DNA from: Monocercomonoides exilis PA203
Lineage: Eukaryota > Protista > Preaxostyla
DNA length: 64,000 nt
Direction of reading: 5' to 3'
NCBI GenBank assembly: GCA_001643675.2
Contig: LSRY02000003.1
Coordinates: 1,860,001-1,924,000, forward strand
Below the pieces are notes generated by a model. That model saw only the letters and a program-made list of their open reading frames with translations. It was not told the origin of the DNA and searched no databases. Positions within the stretch are counted from its first letter, which is position 1. Every line of letters starts with the position of its first letter. Position numbers and translations under genes: made by a program. This document shows, piece after piece, positions 38,601 to 48,920 of this stretch.

Positions 38601-41600
38601 TTTTCTCACTCTTCGACTCCAAAATACTTGGCCCATTGTCACTTCTCTTTATTCCTGAAAATGATGATTTCTCAATCTCAATATTTGTTCCTTCTTCACC
38701 TCCTTCATTAATCTTTGTTGTTGATTCAGATCCTTTGATCAGAAGAAGGCATCCTCCGCTTTCATTCAACAATTTCACTCGAACATTCACAAAATGGCAA
38801 GAAACTCCAGCATTGTTTATTGCAAAAATGCTATTTCCAACATTGGATGATTCAATCGACAAATCATTCACTTCTACACTTCCTCCAATCGCATCCACAA
38901 ACACACAATCAAATCCATTGTTTATTCCTGCTTCTGAATGGAATGAGCATCCAGTTATCACCAAATCTCCATTTATATTCGAAATAATGGTTTTGGCCGA
39001 ATTGTCAAATCCTAATTTTAGTTGAAGTTGAATGTTTGATAATTCAAGATGAATTTCATTCACCATGAAATATTCCAGCTGACTTCCAATTGCCTTTTCA
39101 AAATTCAATATTGCTTTCACATTCTCTTCTCCCATTGATGAAGCCTTTTTGATCTGATAATTGGACATGCTGAATGAATCTTGAATAATTGTTGATCCTG
39201 ATATTTGAATTGTTTTCGTATCATCTCCTGTTTCCATATTTTTCATCCCTTTCCACATCGTTTTGCACGGTTCTTCCTCACTTCCACAACGCGCCACATC
39301 AAATCCTTCGAATGAGATAAATATCTCAAATGAGCTGTATGGAATCAGAAACATGAATAAATCCTTTTTTTGATGAAAATCGTCGCTTCCAACAAATAAA
39401 TTGTCATCATCTTTCATTGATAAGTAATTAAATTTGAAAGTATCGTTTGTGACAGAAGTATTAAAATCATTTCCCAAAATGAACGCATTCTTTCCAATGG
39501 CTGCATTGTTATTTTTAAAAGTTACGTCAGCATCAAAAAGAAATGACTTCTCATTCAAACAATTTTCGCAATTCAGATACAAGAATCCTCCTTTTCCATT
39601 GCTTGATGAAAGCGAACAAGATGATACATTTGTTGATTTGATAACAAATTCTTCATTCTCTTTCAAAATCACTCTTGCAACACCTCCTTCGCCGCTTCCA
39701 GTGTTTGCAATACTTGAAAAGCTGTTGTTTTCAAACAAAACAGAAGAAGCCATCACCAATGGAGATATGATAAACGAACAATCTGCCAAACTGCATCCCT
39801 TCAATGTGCAACTTCCAGTGGTTGTGGATATCAATGTATATTGAACAGTATTTGCTGCTGAATGAATTTCAAATAAACAGTTTTCGAGTTGGAGAATCCT
39901 ACTCGATAAGATCAAAGAATTCTTGCTTGGTACAAATTGATTTGGAATCTGCAGCTTCAAAGATAACAAGCTAAGTGGCTGAGTTGATGAAATAACAGAT
40001 GAAGTTGATGCAGAATTCCCTTTGATTGTCTCTTCAAAATGAATAGGAATGCGTTTATCGATATCTCCATTATTCACACACCCATCAATCACAAGTTCAT
40101 CTGTGAAAGAATAAATATCTTCGATTGTACCTCCATCTTTCACAGTTACTTTCCTCTTTCCTTCTGTCCCACTTCTGTCAATATGGTCAATTCCACTTTT
40201 CATCGTTTTGCATGGGAATTTTTCAATTCCGCATCCCAACGTGTCATGCCCACCAGTCGACACAGACACCTCTATCCACTTCAAAGAAACAAGAAATACT
40301 CGAAGATCCATTTCTCCATAAATCCCATCTTCTCCAACAAATGCATTTCCATCATTAGAATATCCTGAGTAATCAAATGCAAAACGCTCTGTCTTCACAC
40401 TGTTCACCAGATTCCCACTCTTCGCAAACATGTTCTTCCCAACTGTTGCTGAGCATCCAGAAAATGATATCGATGAAAGTTGAAATCCGACTTCATTTGA
40501 ACTGCAATCCAGATATATCCCTCCTCCTTTTCCTCCATCGTTTTCATTCTCACAAACACATCCAACAAATGAGCTCTCTTGAATATTCATAAACCCTCCT
40601 GCGTTCAACGCTATCTTCAATGCTCCTCCTTCTTTGCTCTTCTCTGATAATGCCCCATCAATTGTACTTCCATTTATCACCATACCAACTCCAACACTCT
40701 CTCCAAACACTGATGCCTTTTCATCAACTGCTGTTGTGCTATCAATCTCCAATCTTTGCAGTGAACAATTTAAAAGTTTCACCTTGTATTCCTGATCGTT
40801 CATATTTGATGATGAAAGAGTAAACGAAAATAACGGGACTGTTGATTTCACATCTGAAATCGTGACAAACTCCAGCTTAACCATCATTCCTGTCGATTTG
40901 ATTAAGAAAAATGTAATTGTGCTTCCATTCCCTCCTGCCACACTCATCTCACAGTTATTCATGTGCAACTTGCCATTTTGAGTGTTTGATTCAATCACCG
41001 ATGTGATTGTTCTGCTAAAACTCGATGGAATAATAATCCCAATGAACTTCATTTCAGTGAGTGATGATGATTTAAGAATGCATTCTTCAGATCCACTCAC
41101 TTCTCTTTGGCATTCGATTCTTATCATTTCCTCCTCTTTTGCTTTCACACACAATCCCCCCACATCCACACATCCCGCCATCAATGAATTCGAAATAACA
41201 ATAATCTCCTTTTTTGTATTCTGTGTATTTTTCAAATGCCCGATTCCGTAGTTTACGTTGTAACATGGCGCCTTCTCTATCCCACAATATTCCTTATCCA
41301 TTCCAGATGTTCCATCAACATAAATTATATCATCAAAGAATCCATCGAAGAATATGAACAAATCGACATCCCAATCGCAAAATGCTTCTGTTCTGTCATG
41401 TCCAACAGCCGAGTTGTCTTTCTGAGTGATGTTTCCCATGAAGGCGAACAAGGGCTCTTTCACAGAAGCGACAAGGGATTCACACACAAAATACACATCT
41501 CTTCCGACGCTGGCCTTGTTGGCTGAAAACACGATATTGGTGATGGAAAAGGTTGTGGATGACACTTCTGAATCATCCTTGAACTCGATCATGAGAGCAC

Positions 41601-44376
41601 CGCCTCTTCCTCCAGAACTTGTATCCTCGCTCACAGAGCAGCTGGAGAAATTTGTGTCACTCACAGAAAATGTGTTGGCAGTGGAAGATGAGGCGAATGA
41701 GATGCACCCGCCATTGGTGGCAGTTTGTTGGCTCAACTGTTCTGAGTTGATGCTGGTGATGGTGCAGTTGGTGAGGGAGAGGGAGAGGGCAGGGGAGGTG
41801 GCAGAGGAGAGGACACAGCTGGCGGGGGTGGTAGTGGAGGTGATGTGGGTGATGTTGGAGGAGTTGAGGGTGAGGGGAGCGGTGAGGGAGGTGAGGTGAA
41901 AGATGCTTTGGCTGTTGAGGGCGAGACTGGTGATTGCTGTGTGGTTGAGGGCGAGGGAGCCAGTAGTGAGGAAGAAGAGGGGCGTTTTTATTGTTATGGA
42001 GGTTGTTCCGGTGATGGTGGTTGTGTTGAGGTTGAGGGAAGGGGAGTTTTGGGAGAGGTGGAAGAGGATGGGGGTGATTTGGTTTGAGGAGTTGTGGGCG
42101 ATGGCAAGGGCAGAGACTGTGAGGGAGCCCTGGGTCTGTTGGAAGAGGGCAGACGAGGCAGATGGATCTGGCGAAGAAGATGCAGATGAAAATGATGAAA
42201 ATGATGAAAATGATGATGTTGATTGTGATGACTGGGAATGTGAGTTTGGTGGTTGAGGAATGCCACTAGAGGCGATGGTGGTGGTAGTTGTGCCATTTCC
42301 TGTGATTTTAGTGTCAACTGCACTGAAGGTTAGTGTTTGAGTTGGAACAAATGTTGAGGTGAGGAGGGTGAGAGAGGCGTCTTGGAGGAGGGAAATGAAG
42401 CCGGTGAGAGCATACTCGATGGTGGCGCATGGGGTCTGTTGGGGTCTGCCACAGGCATCAGCATCAGTTCCATTGCTGGCAACGATTTTGTTCTGGGCGA
42501 TGAGGGGGAGCCAGCCATTGAAAGTTTCATTATCAGCTGTATTGTTATTCCACACTCTCTTCGTTAAAGTTGTTGAGCCACAATTCTGGAATGGAGATTG
42601 AGTAATGGCATTGCCACTGAAGAACACATCATTCCCTCTGCCATTTTTGGCAGTGTTGCCATCAAAGAAACAGAATGTGATGAATTTTACTCCATTCATC
42701 CAAGCGAAGGTTGCATCCAAATAAATGCCAGCGCCGCCGCGTGTAGATGAAGTTGATGTCAATTCATTATTTACAAATTGGCACTCATTGATTGAAAACT
42801 GACTTGGTTTATTTTGTGGAGGCCAATAAAATGTTAATGATCCCGCAGCATCACCACCAGAATTTGCAATGCACTTGCATTTGGAAAACAGGAATTGACC
42901 TGGCGTTGACATTTCGTTGAGCCAAAAATACCAACCAGTTCCACACCAACTTGTTATTGAACAACTTTCCACTCTGTTTTCTGAGAATGTCCAAACGGAA
43001 TTTGATTGTGGATACCTGATGCAATTTGCTCCTCCATGAGCAGCTGAACAACTCGTGAAATTGGATTTTGTGATATCAATTTTTAACAAATATCCACAAT
43101 ATAACGCTCCACCATGATCATTTGTTGAACAATTGTTGAACGAACAAGAAGTGATTGTGAGATTAGCATTCGTGCAAGAAACATGCAGTGCTCCACCCCA
43201 GTCACTTGATCCACTGCTTGAATCATTCCATTCACACCACTCAAAGAGATAGCTGTTCAAACCAGTAAAGGACAATCTTCCAGGTGATATTCTGTGAGTT
43301 TCATTTCCAATATGAACAACAGGAGCATTTGATGAAGAGCGTGTTTGATGAAGGAAAGAAGAGTTGAAGGCAAAGAGAGAAGTGGCAGGGCTGTTGAGGT
43401 TGGGGAGAATGGCACCATCGATGGGGTTGTGAGTGTGAATAAAGATGGTTGAGTAGATGGAGAGGGATGAGTGAAGGGAGAATGAGGGAATTGAATTGAT
43501 GTTGGTATTGGTAGAAGTGGAAGTGGTTGAGGTGGTTGAGATGAAAGGATTGAGTGAGTGTGAAGGAAGAGATGGAAGTGATAGAGGGGATTGGGGAGAT
43601 GAGATGTTGGAGAAGAGGGTGTTTGAGAGATGGAGATGGAGGTGGATTTGGAGGTGGGGATGGGATTGGTGATGGTTATGGAGAGGGGAAGGGGAAGAGG
43701 AAAGGGAAGGAGAAAGGGATGGGGAAGGAGAAGAAAAAGAAGAGGATAAGGATGAGGATGAGGATGAGGAAGATGAAGGAGAAGGGGAAAGGGAAGGAGA
43801 TGGAGAAGGGGATGGGGAAGAGAGGGAAGAAGGAGAAAAAAGGAAAGGCTGGATGAGGGAGATGAAGGAGGAGAAAGAGGAGTGGGAGATGGAGAAGGAG
43901 GCAGGGATTGGGGAGTGGGCATTATGGAGGAGATTGTTTGGGGTGGAGAAGAAGGGGAAGGAGAAGATGGCAGGTTGGTGGGTGGTGAGGGAGAAGTTTG
44001 TGAGGGTGAGGGAGGCATGGGCAGAGAGGAAGAGGGGGCAGTGGTGGTGGTGGTGGTTGGTGAGGGAAGGTGGGTGGACGGTGCAAGTGGAGGAGCAGAT
44101 GGAGGCAGCGGAGTGGTGTTGGGCAGTGAGGAGTGGACAGCCACTGAGAGGGATGAGGTTGAGATGGGTCACACACAAGGAGGTGTTGATGAGGGCGAGG
44201 TTTGTCTGAACATGCGTAATACATTCTATAAATTCATTTTCGTATTCCAATGATTGCTCCTTTTGAAGCCTGTAATTTCGAAATTTGCATTCTGTGTACA
44301 AAATGCAAAATTCGTATAAAGCAAATGTCATTGCGCAATTCCACCTGTTTCCTCTTAGATAATAGATATTTAACAT
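35644..44376 (-). CDS. Giant single-pass surface protein: Cys/Gly-rich beta-helix-like repeats, transmembrane helix, degenerate protein kinase C-lobe
   Basis: 2910-aa uninterrupted ORF with ~5 repeats marked by CG...PC.T and GG(A/G)(L/I); TM segment LFAFIGCVAVVIILLFVIVVVIVL; C-terminal WKAPE..VFTLGLILHEMTTGEVPL..W..EPKERPT. Exact start uncertain. Confidence 0.8.
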   Translation of the reverse strand: MLNIYYLRGNRWNCAMTFALYEFCILYTECKFRNYRLQKEQSLEYENEFIECITHVQTNLALINTSLCVTHLNLIPLSGCPLLTAQHHSAASICSSTCTVHPPSLTNHHHHHCPLFLSAHASLTLTNFSLTTHQPAIFSFPFFSTPNNLLHNAHSPIPASFSISHSSFSSFISLIQPFLFSPSSLSSPSPSPSPSLSPSPSSSSSSSSSLSSSFSSPSPSLSPSLSSSPSPLHNHHQSHPHLQIHLHLHLSNTLFSNISSPQSPLSLPSLPSHSLNPFISTTSTTSTSTNTNINSIPSFSLHSSLSIYSTIFIHTHNPIDGAILPNLNSPATSLFAFNSSFLHQTRSSSNAPVVHIGNETHRISPGRLSFTGLNSYLFEWCEWNDSSSGSSDWGGALHVSCTNANLTITSCSFNNCSTNDHGGALYCGYLLKIDITKSNFTSCSAAHGGANCIRYPQSNSVWTFSENRVESCSITSWCGTGWYFWLNEMSTPGQFLFSKCKCIANSGGDAAGSLTFYWPPQNKPSQFSINECQFVNNELTSTSSTRGGAGIYLDATFAWMNGVKFITFCFFDGNTAKNGRGNDVFFSGNAITQSPFQNCGSTTLTKRVWNNNTADNETFNGWLPLIAQNKIVASNGTDADACGRPQQTPCATIEYALTGFISLLQDASLTLLTSTFVPTQTLTFSAVDTKITGNGTTTTTIASSGIPQPPNSHSQSSQSTSSFSSFSSFSSASSSPDPSASSALFQQTQGSLTVSALAIAHNSSNQITPILFHLSQNSPSLNLNTTTITGTTSITIKTPLFFLTTGSLALNHTAITSLALNSQSIFHLTSLTAPLTLNSSNITHITSTTTPASCVLSSATSPALSLSLTNCTITSINSEQLSQQTATNGGCISFASSSTANTFSVSDTNFSSCSVSEDTSSGGRGGALMIEFKDDSEVSSTTFSITNIVFSANKASVGRDVYFVCESLVASVKEPLFAFMGNITQKDNSAVGHDRTEAFCDWDVDLFIFFDGFFDDIIYVDGTSGMDKEYCGIEKAPCYNVNYGIGHLKNTQNTKKEIIVISNSLMAGCVDVGGLCVKAKEEEMIRIECQREVSGSEECILKSSSLTEMKFIGIIIPSSFSRTITSVIESNTQNGKLHMNNCEMSVAGGNGSTITFFLIKSTGMMVKLEFVTISDVKSTVPLFSFTLSSSNMNDQEYKVKLLNCSLQRLEIDSTTAVDEKASVFGESVGVGMVINGSTIDGALSEKSKEGGALKIALNAGGFMNIQESSFVGCVCENENDGGKGGGIYLDCSSNEVGFQLSSISFSGCSATVGKNMFAKSGNLVNSVKTERFAFDYSGYSNDGNAFVGEDGIYGEMDLRVFLVSLKWIEVSVSTGGHDTLGCGIEKFPCKTMKSGIDHIDRSGTEGKRKVTVKDGGTIEDIYSFTDELVIDGCVNNGDIDKRIPIHFEETIKGNSASTSSVISSTQPLSLLSLKLQIPNQFVPSKNSLILSSRILQLENCLFEIHSAANTVQYTLISTTTGSCTLKGCSLADCSFIISPLVMASSVLFENNSFSSIANTGSGEGGVARVILKENEEFVIKSTNVSSCSLSSSNGKGGFLYLNCENCLNEKSFLFDADVTFKNNNAAIGKNAFILGNDFNTSVTNDTFKFNYLSMKDDDNLFVGSDDFHQKKDLFMFLIPYSSFEIFISFEGFDVARCGSEEEPCKTMWKGMKNMETGDDTKTIQISGSTIIQDSFSMSNYQIKKASSMGEENVKAILNFEKAIGSQLEYFMVNEIHLELSNIQLQLKLGFDNSAKTIISNINGDLVITGCSFHSEAGINNGFDCVFVDAIGGSVEVNDLSIESSNVGNSIFAINNAGVSCHFVNVRVKLLNESGGCLLLIKGSESTTKINEGGEEGTNIEIEKSSFSGIKRSDNGPSILESKSEKKICLVVKESNITEDKAENSEKGGAIFFTLGSSGSMNMIDSKITNCNCSISSGKGGGVYLVTKERGDLNFSFVGMKFSDNGASVGKDIFIECYNITSQINETQFRFDLRENHYSRINAIYGIDECQYTVNTDLIRFVTIHQSDTIVVSGTNGSNDRQCGTNDLPCDSINHGLMHLTSEYVSLLYVDTNSVIGEEINLEEMSLSSKSREMCEVEVETDIRETRGALMATTGTVSLLRVNFVFDPNFISSHESLISPEGGILEIMNCSFSSKLSNEDGNIVNANIPFNIIKMDKGELQLDGCAISNLILHESALYLSSPLPSVIYLFEVSNITVETSLIDINECGQLTIKDFNTENITAEGNEESLISCLSMKKTMQLANCTIGEVSSKTKKGKLMKLENCLDVKMDSCIFDGSLKERNEKQLNIEEEMCRWDGSLVDVVKSSMVMKVSTITNSPEGGITMRGGNVIIEKGEFIDNNPSIETYPSLRRNVICSDSGTLNVMSLKGGDGVLPNTSLWMLNEGCGFEGIVSERDSSFFIPVLESVETKEEASRMKLTFKGMLLVPCNLSFSLVKRKGEEKEIEKYDFDSNGFLSEKEAEGSVAKDLISGCGNEIEVSVHILFGVNDYPSSTNPFILKNSSVTPPKDDEIISKGEIKIEWSLFAFIGCVAVVIILLFVIVVVIVLMRRKLREAERKAEAADSEAKQIMEKIERRRENNGGCIEMSEMPSTLLEGMTSQIPLLIDNDEEDLPEPPSMSDDILNENDLPDLESPFPFSENDSVSDVQQSHSFNVISTKKPFREKEKKNIKTLHSVIHSVQGDFTLGTRAMDVVDGKQVVKVVAELFEHLISVVDERMEMMARQLCPYSIFVEEGNNEIFVLTEELEDVKEKEEMKRWKAPEVGNEDEGIEKRVVFTLGLILHEMTTGEVPLSECDAEEAQEMMRDGVRPLTEGIEGEELIELMEKMWADEPKERPTLGEVIQSLVEITEIDEQ

Positions 44377-44718
44377 ATTAAAATTTATTCATATAAATTA
44401 TTGTTTTGATCAACTTATTTCTCAAATGCTTTTTTTGTCAAATCCGATTATTTAATTTTTATTAATATTAAAAATGTTTAACTGACAACAAAATGATTCT
44501 GAGTTTTATTTGATATATTTATCCCTTTTTGATTCGAAAACATAAATCCAATATGGAAGAATTATTAAATTGAAATTGGATTAAATAATACATGCTATGA
44601 GAAAAAAAAGGATTTATTTGAATATATGTTTCTTATACAAATATGCAAAGTGCAAGTGCACACTTAACCTTTAATGACAATTTTGAAATTATTTATTTCA
44701 ATACAATAAAAAATAATA

Positions 44719-45600
44719 CACCATTTATTATTCAAGATTGTTTAACTAATTATTCAAAATTGTTAAACTTATTATTCAAAATTAATAAACTAATTATTCG
44801 AAATTGGTCAACTAATTATTCAAAATCGTTAAACTTATTATTCGATTTTGGTAAACTAATTATTCAAAGTTGATAAATATATTATTCAAAGTTGTTAAAC
44901 TTTTTATTCGAAATTAATAAAATTCAGTATTTTTAAAAAAAATAGTTTTTTAGATATAATATGATCACTGGCTGAGTGTCAGAAAGTGATTAAATTGGTT
45001 TGTTTTTTCATTATTTTTAAAAAGGATGAAAAATTGAACCCCGACTTTTATTATTTGTGAATAAAATTGAAATTTTTTGATTTTTCAGAAAAAAGTCATC
45101 AATATGGAAATCGGATAATTTTCAAATGAATTAAATTCACATTGTTTAATAACACATCTTTCAATCAACAGAAGTTATTTGCATTAATTTTACAAACAAA
45201 AAACAAGAATTTATTTTTTGAAAATTAATCCATGAATGCACTTTCAGAATTCTTCATTTGCTTTAATTGATCTTCTGAATATATTGAAATATAAATTATA
45301 AATTTTTATTGAAAGATGTGTTATTAAACAATGTGAATTTAATTCATTTGAAAATTATCCGATTTCCATATTGATGACTTTTTTCTGAAAAATCAAAAAA
45401 TTTCAATTTTATTCACAAATAATAAAAGTCGGGGTTCAATTTTTCATCCTTTTTAAAAATAATGAAAAAACAAACCAATTTAATCACTTTCTGACACTCA
45501 GCCAGTGATCATATTATATCTAAAAAACTATTTTTTTTAAAAAGACTGAATTTTATTAATTTTGAACAAAAAGTTTACCAATTAAGAATAATAAATGGCG
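44719..45600. mobile_element. Fold-back/MITE-like element with long inverted arms, flanked by TA
   Basis: Near-identical arms ~44897-45165 / 45308-45576 around a ~140-bp spacer; termini TA|CACCATTTATTATTC and GAATAATAAATGGCG|TA. Confidence 0.75.
44725..44922. repeat. Tandem array of 9 imperfect 22-bp units (consensus TAATTATTCAAAATTGTTAAAC)
   Basis: Directly visible in the left arm of the fold-back element. Confidence 0.85.
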
Positions 45601-45691
45601 TATTGCAAGCAAATATAAATTCAAATCAGCATTGGAAAATAGGAAATAAAATGTGAAAAAAATTTTTAAAAGATCAATAATACCATAATTT

Positions 45692-46090
45692 CAGTTTGTG
45701 CAAAAAATTCCGGACATAGCCAAAAAATACCGGACAAGATCGATTTCACAATTACTGCAAGAGGAATAATTTTGACAATTTTCCTCAAAATATATGTAAT
45801 CAATGCAAACTCATTAATTACACGAAACTTTCAAAGCTTCCTTGTTTATGCTCAGAAAAATATCACAATAACAATTACAGAGAAATAGTATTCTGAGTTT
45901 TTCAAAGATTTCGACATTAATTTTCTTTGACCACAAATGAAGCTATTTAGAAAGTCTTTTTTTATCAATTGAGTTTGTATTGATAAGATATATTATGAGG
46001 AAAAATATCAGAATTTTATTTATTGAGGTTATCAAGATATCGATCATGTCCGGCGTTTTGTGCGATGTCCTGTATTTTTTGCACAAACTG
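45692..46090. mobile_element. Tc1/mariner-type MITE
   Basis: TIRs CAGTTTGTGCAAAAAATTCCGGACAT / ATGTCCTGTATTTTTTGCACAAACTG (imperfect match ~55 bp); TA on the right flank, TT on the left. Confidence 0.75.
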
Positions 46091-46899
46091 TATTATTTTT
46101 TAATTATTCACAAAATAATTAAATTTTGTAAATATATACCAAAAATTATTCAACATCGAAAATATTTAATTCAACATCAAAAATTCTTTATCATCAAAAA
46201 ATATGGAAAAAAATTTAAAAATTCATACTCAAGCAAGTTTCTTTTCTTTCAGTTATTGATCTGAGAAATAAGTCTATTTCAATTTGAAAAATATTTTTTT
46301 ATCTTGATTTCAGCGTTTGATTGTGTTCAATAGAATGAAAATAAAAAATTGAATATTTTTTGTTCTTCACATGTGCTCAGGGGACAATAAGAAATTTCGC
46401 AAAAAATAAAAAAAATAGGATCGTTCTAATTCTTGTAAAATGCACAAAAAAATAGAATTTTATTTCATTTATCGAATACGAAATGTTTTGAAATTCATTT
46501 GTTGAATATGAAACTAATAAAATAAAACATTTTCAATCTTTAAAATGAGAAATGAATCGATTGATATCAATCTTTATCATAGAAAACAGTTGTAAAAATC
46601 GAAAGAAAAACATTTCCAATAAATAAACATTTGTTATTATCAACAAATGTATCAATATAATTTTTTTGTTTTAACTTGAATTGAAATTCTGAACCAATTA
46701 ACTTCTTTTTCGATTTCGAATTAAAGGTTTTTGATGTTGAATAATTTTTGGTGTGAGTATTTATACATAAATAATCAATTGTTTATTAATTATTTTATCT
46801 CTCATTTCTCTTGTTCCTGATAAGAAATCAGATGTTGCTGATTATAACAAGCTTTTTCAAGATTAAGAAAAGAGTTGGGAGTTGTTCATTCATATATTC

Positions 46900-48317
46900 A
46901 ACTAAAATGAAACGAAAAAATGACCATCTTGTAGAAGATATATGAAACTTACAACAGTTGATGAAACAAATCGATCATGGAGATGTTAAGCATACAACAA
47001 ATTCTCTTCATATATGAAGGAGACATCATAAAAACGTTGTCACATCAAAATCAGCTCAATTTTTCTTATTCTTTTGCATTTCTGGCAAAAACTTCGAATT
47101 GATCAATGCTCATATTTGACTGGAGTTGGTCGAAATACAGTCGGTTATTGGTATTCTGTTGCAAGAGCATCAATTGGAATTCGAATGTCGAGTGTGAGGT
47201 TTGTTCTTAGAGGAGAAGGATGTGTTGTATAAACATATAATACAATTCTAAAAAAAATAAAATTTCACAAAGGGAAAAAGAAGCGACAAATTTGGCTTTT
47301 TGGATTTGAAGAAAGAAAAGAAAATGATGAAGTTGTGGAATGTTTTATTGTCAGAGTTTCAAATAAAAAAAAGGAGAATCTAATACCCATCATTAAAGCC
47401 AACATTCAGAATGGAACAACTATTATTAGTGATGTGTGGGGTGAATATAAGTGCTTGAATGAATTAGGTTACAAATATACCTCTGTGACATGAAAAGAGA
47501 AAACTGAAAAAATGAAAAAATGACTGACAAGATATTTATGATTTGTCAAAAAAAGTTTTTAATAACGATTTCACAATTTTTAATAACAATATTAAAAAAT
47601 TTGAAAATTCACATATAACAATTTTTATTATTTAGAAAAAAATTAAATTTTAAATTTATGTGATCAAGTTCCCAATATTAATTTTTTTGACACGATATGT
47701 CATTAGAGGAATATTTTTGTCACAATTTGTCATTGACCGTCACTGACGTTCACTGTCAAAAGAGAAAAAACGACAAGATATTACAGATGCTATCTTCAAA
47801 TCTTTTCCAAAATGCTTTGAAAAGACTTGAGAAGTTATAACAATAGTTTATTTTATATTTATTTTAGATAAATAAAATATTTTGTTTTTTATTTTGTGAC
47901 CGACGAGGCTTCAAGTGATTTGTCAGGTCACAGAGGTTTTGTTTCAAACATCAGACAGTTTGACACAAATACGAATTCAAAAATACAGAAACAGGAGAAT
48001 GCACTTATTTGATAGAAGGTTGTTGGTCTCATTTCAGAAGATCATTGCCTCCTTGTGGGATCAAAGAAAAGTTCATCGATGATTTTATTGCTTCATTTTT
48101 GTTTCAACATGAAAAAGATATTCTGTTCCAAAATTTTGTGAGGAATGTCACTAATAAAAAGTTAACAGTGGCTGCATTTCCCCATGACTATGATGATGGA
48201 GAAGGAGACGATGAAGCAGATGTTCCCCAAATTGAGCAGGAAGCAGTTGATATTCATGAAGAAGATTACGACGAACCAGGAGATGGAGCAGATGCTAGTG
48301 AATATTCCGAATCTTAA
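46900..48317 (+). pseudogene. Decayed Merlin/IS1595 transposase interrupted by a MITE
   Basis: SYLTGVGRNTV, KFHKGKKKRQIWLFG and NGTTIISDVWGEY before 47478; HQTV*HK and IEGCWSHFRRSLP after 47938; homologous to 22903-23700. Confidence 0.8.
47479..47937. mobile_element. 459-bp MITE inserted in the Merlin pseudogene
   Basis: 18-bp TIRs ACCTCTGTGACATGAAAA / TTGTCAGGTCACAGAGGT (16/18 match); removing it rejoins the transposase. Confidence 0.75.
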
Positions 48318-48920
48318 CATTTTTGATCATTTTTAATAATAATTTTTTTTATTTTTTCATACACTTTTAAAATTGAAATAACTAAAACTCGCTATTATTA
48401 ACATGTTATTTATTCATTACTTCAATAAATGAAAAAAAAACAAATTTGTTTGAATTATTTCTTGCTTGAAAGGAAAAGTGAGCATATGCCGAAGAATGAA
48501 TGATAATCTTAACATTTTTTTGGTACCCCTATCTTCTGCTCAAACCCAAACTGGTTTTTAATAATGGTTGTTTTACGAAAATTTTTCGAATAAATGGGAC
48601 GATATTTTTTGCTTTATGAATTTTGTTCCATTCTGTTCTAACAAAAAATTTTCTCAATTTAAGAATTTTTCTGTATTTTTTTGACATGAGAATGAAAGAT
48701 TTCTCATGACAAGGTTGTGGAAGAAGTTTGGAACAAATTGTTGTTTTTATTATGAATGAAAGAATTCTCCCCCAAATAAATTTAAAAAATGAAAAATCAC
48801 TATTAAGGGAGTGAAAAAAATTTATTAATTAACACGTTAAATCTGTTAAAATTAAAAGTTGTTTCTGAAATTTAATTTAGAACATCACGCAACTTTAATT
48901 GGCTCGTGTTAGAAACAACA

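Noticed and set aside
44725-44922. CRISPR-like array
   Set aside because: Units are contiguous without unique spacers; eukaryotic context with no cas genes.
46378-48530. AGGGGAC / GTACCCCT as termini of the decayed Merlin element
   Set aside because: Match too short and no TSD.
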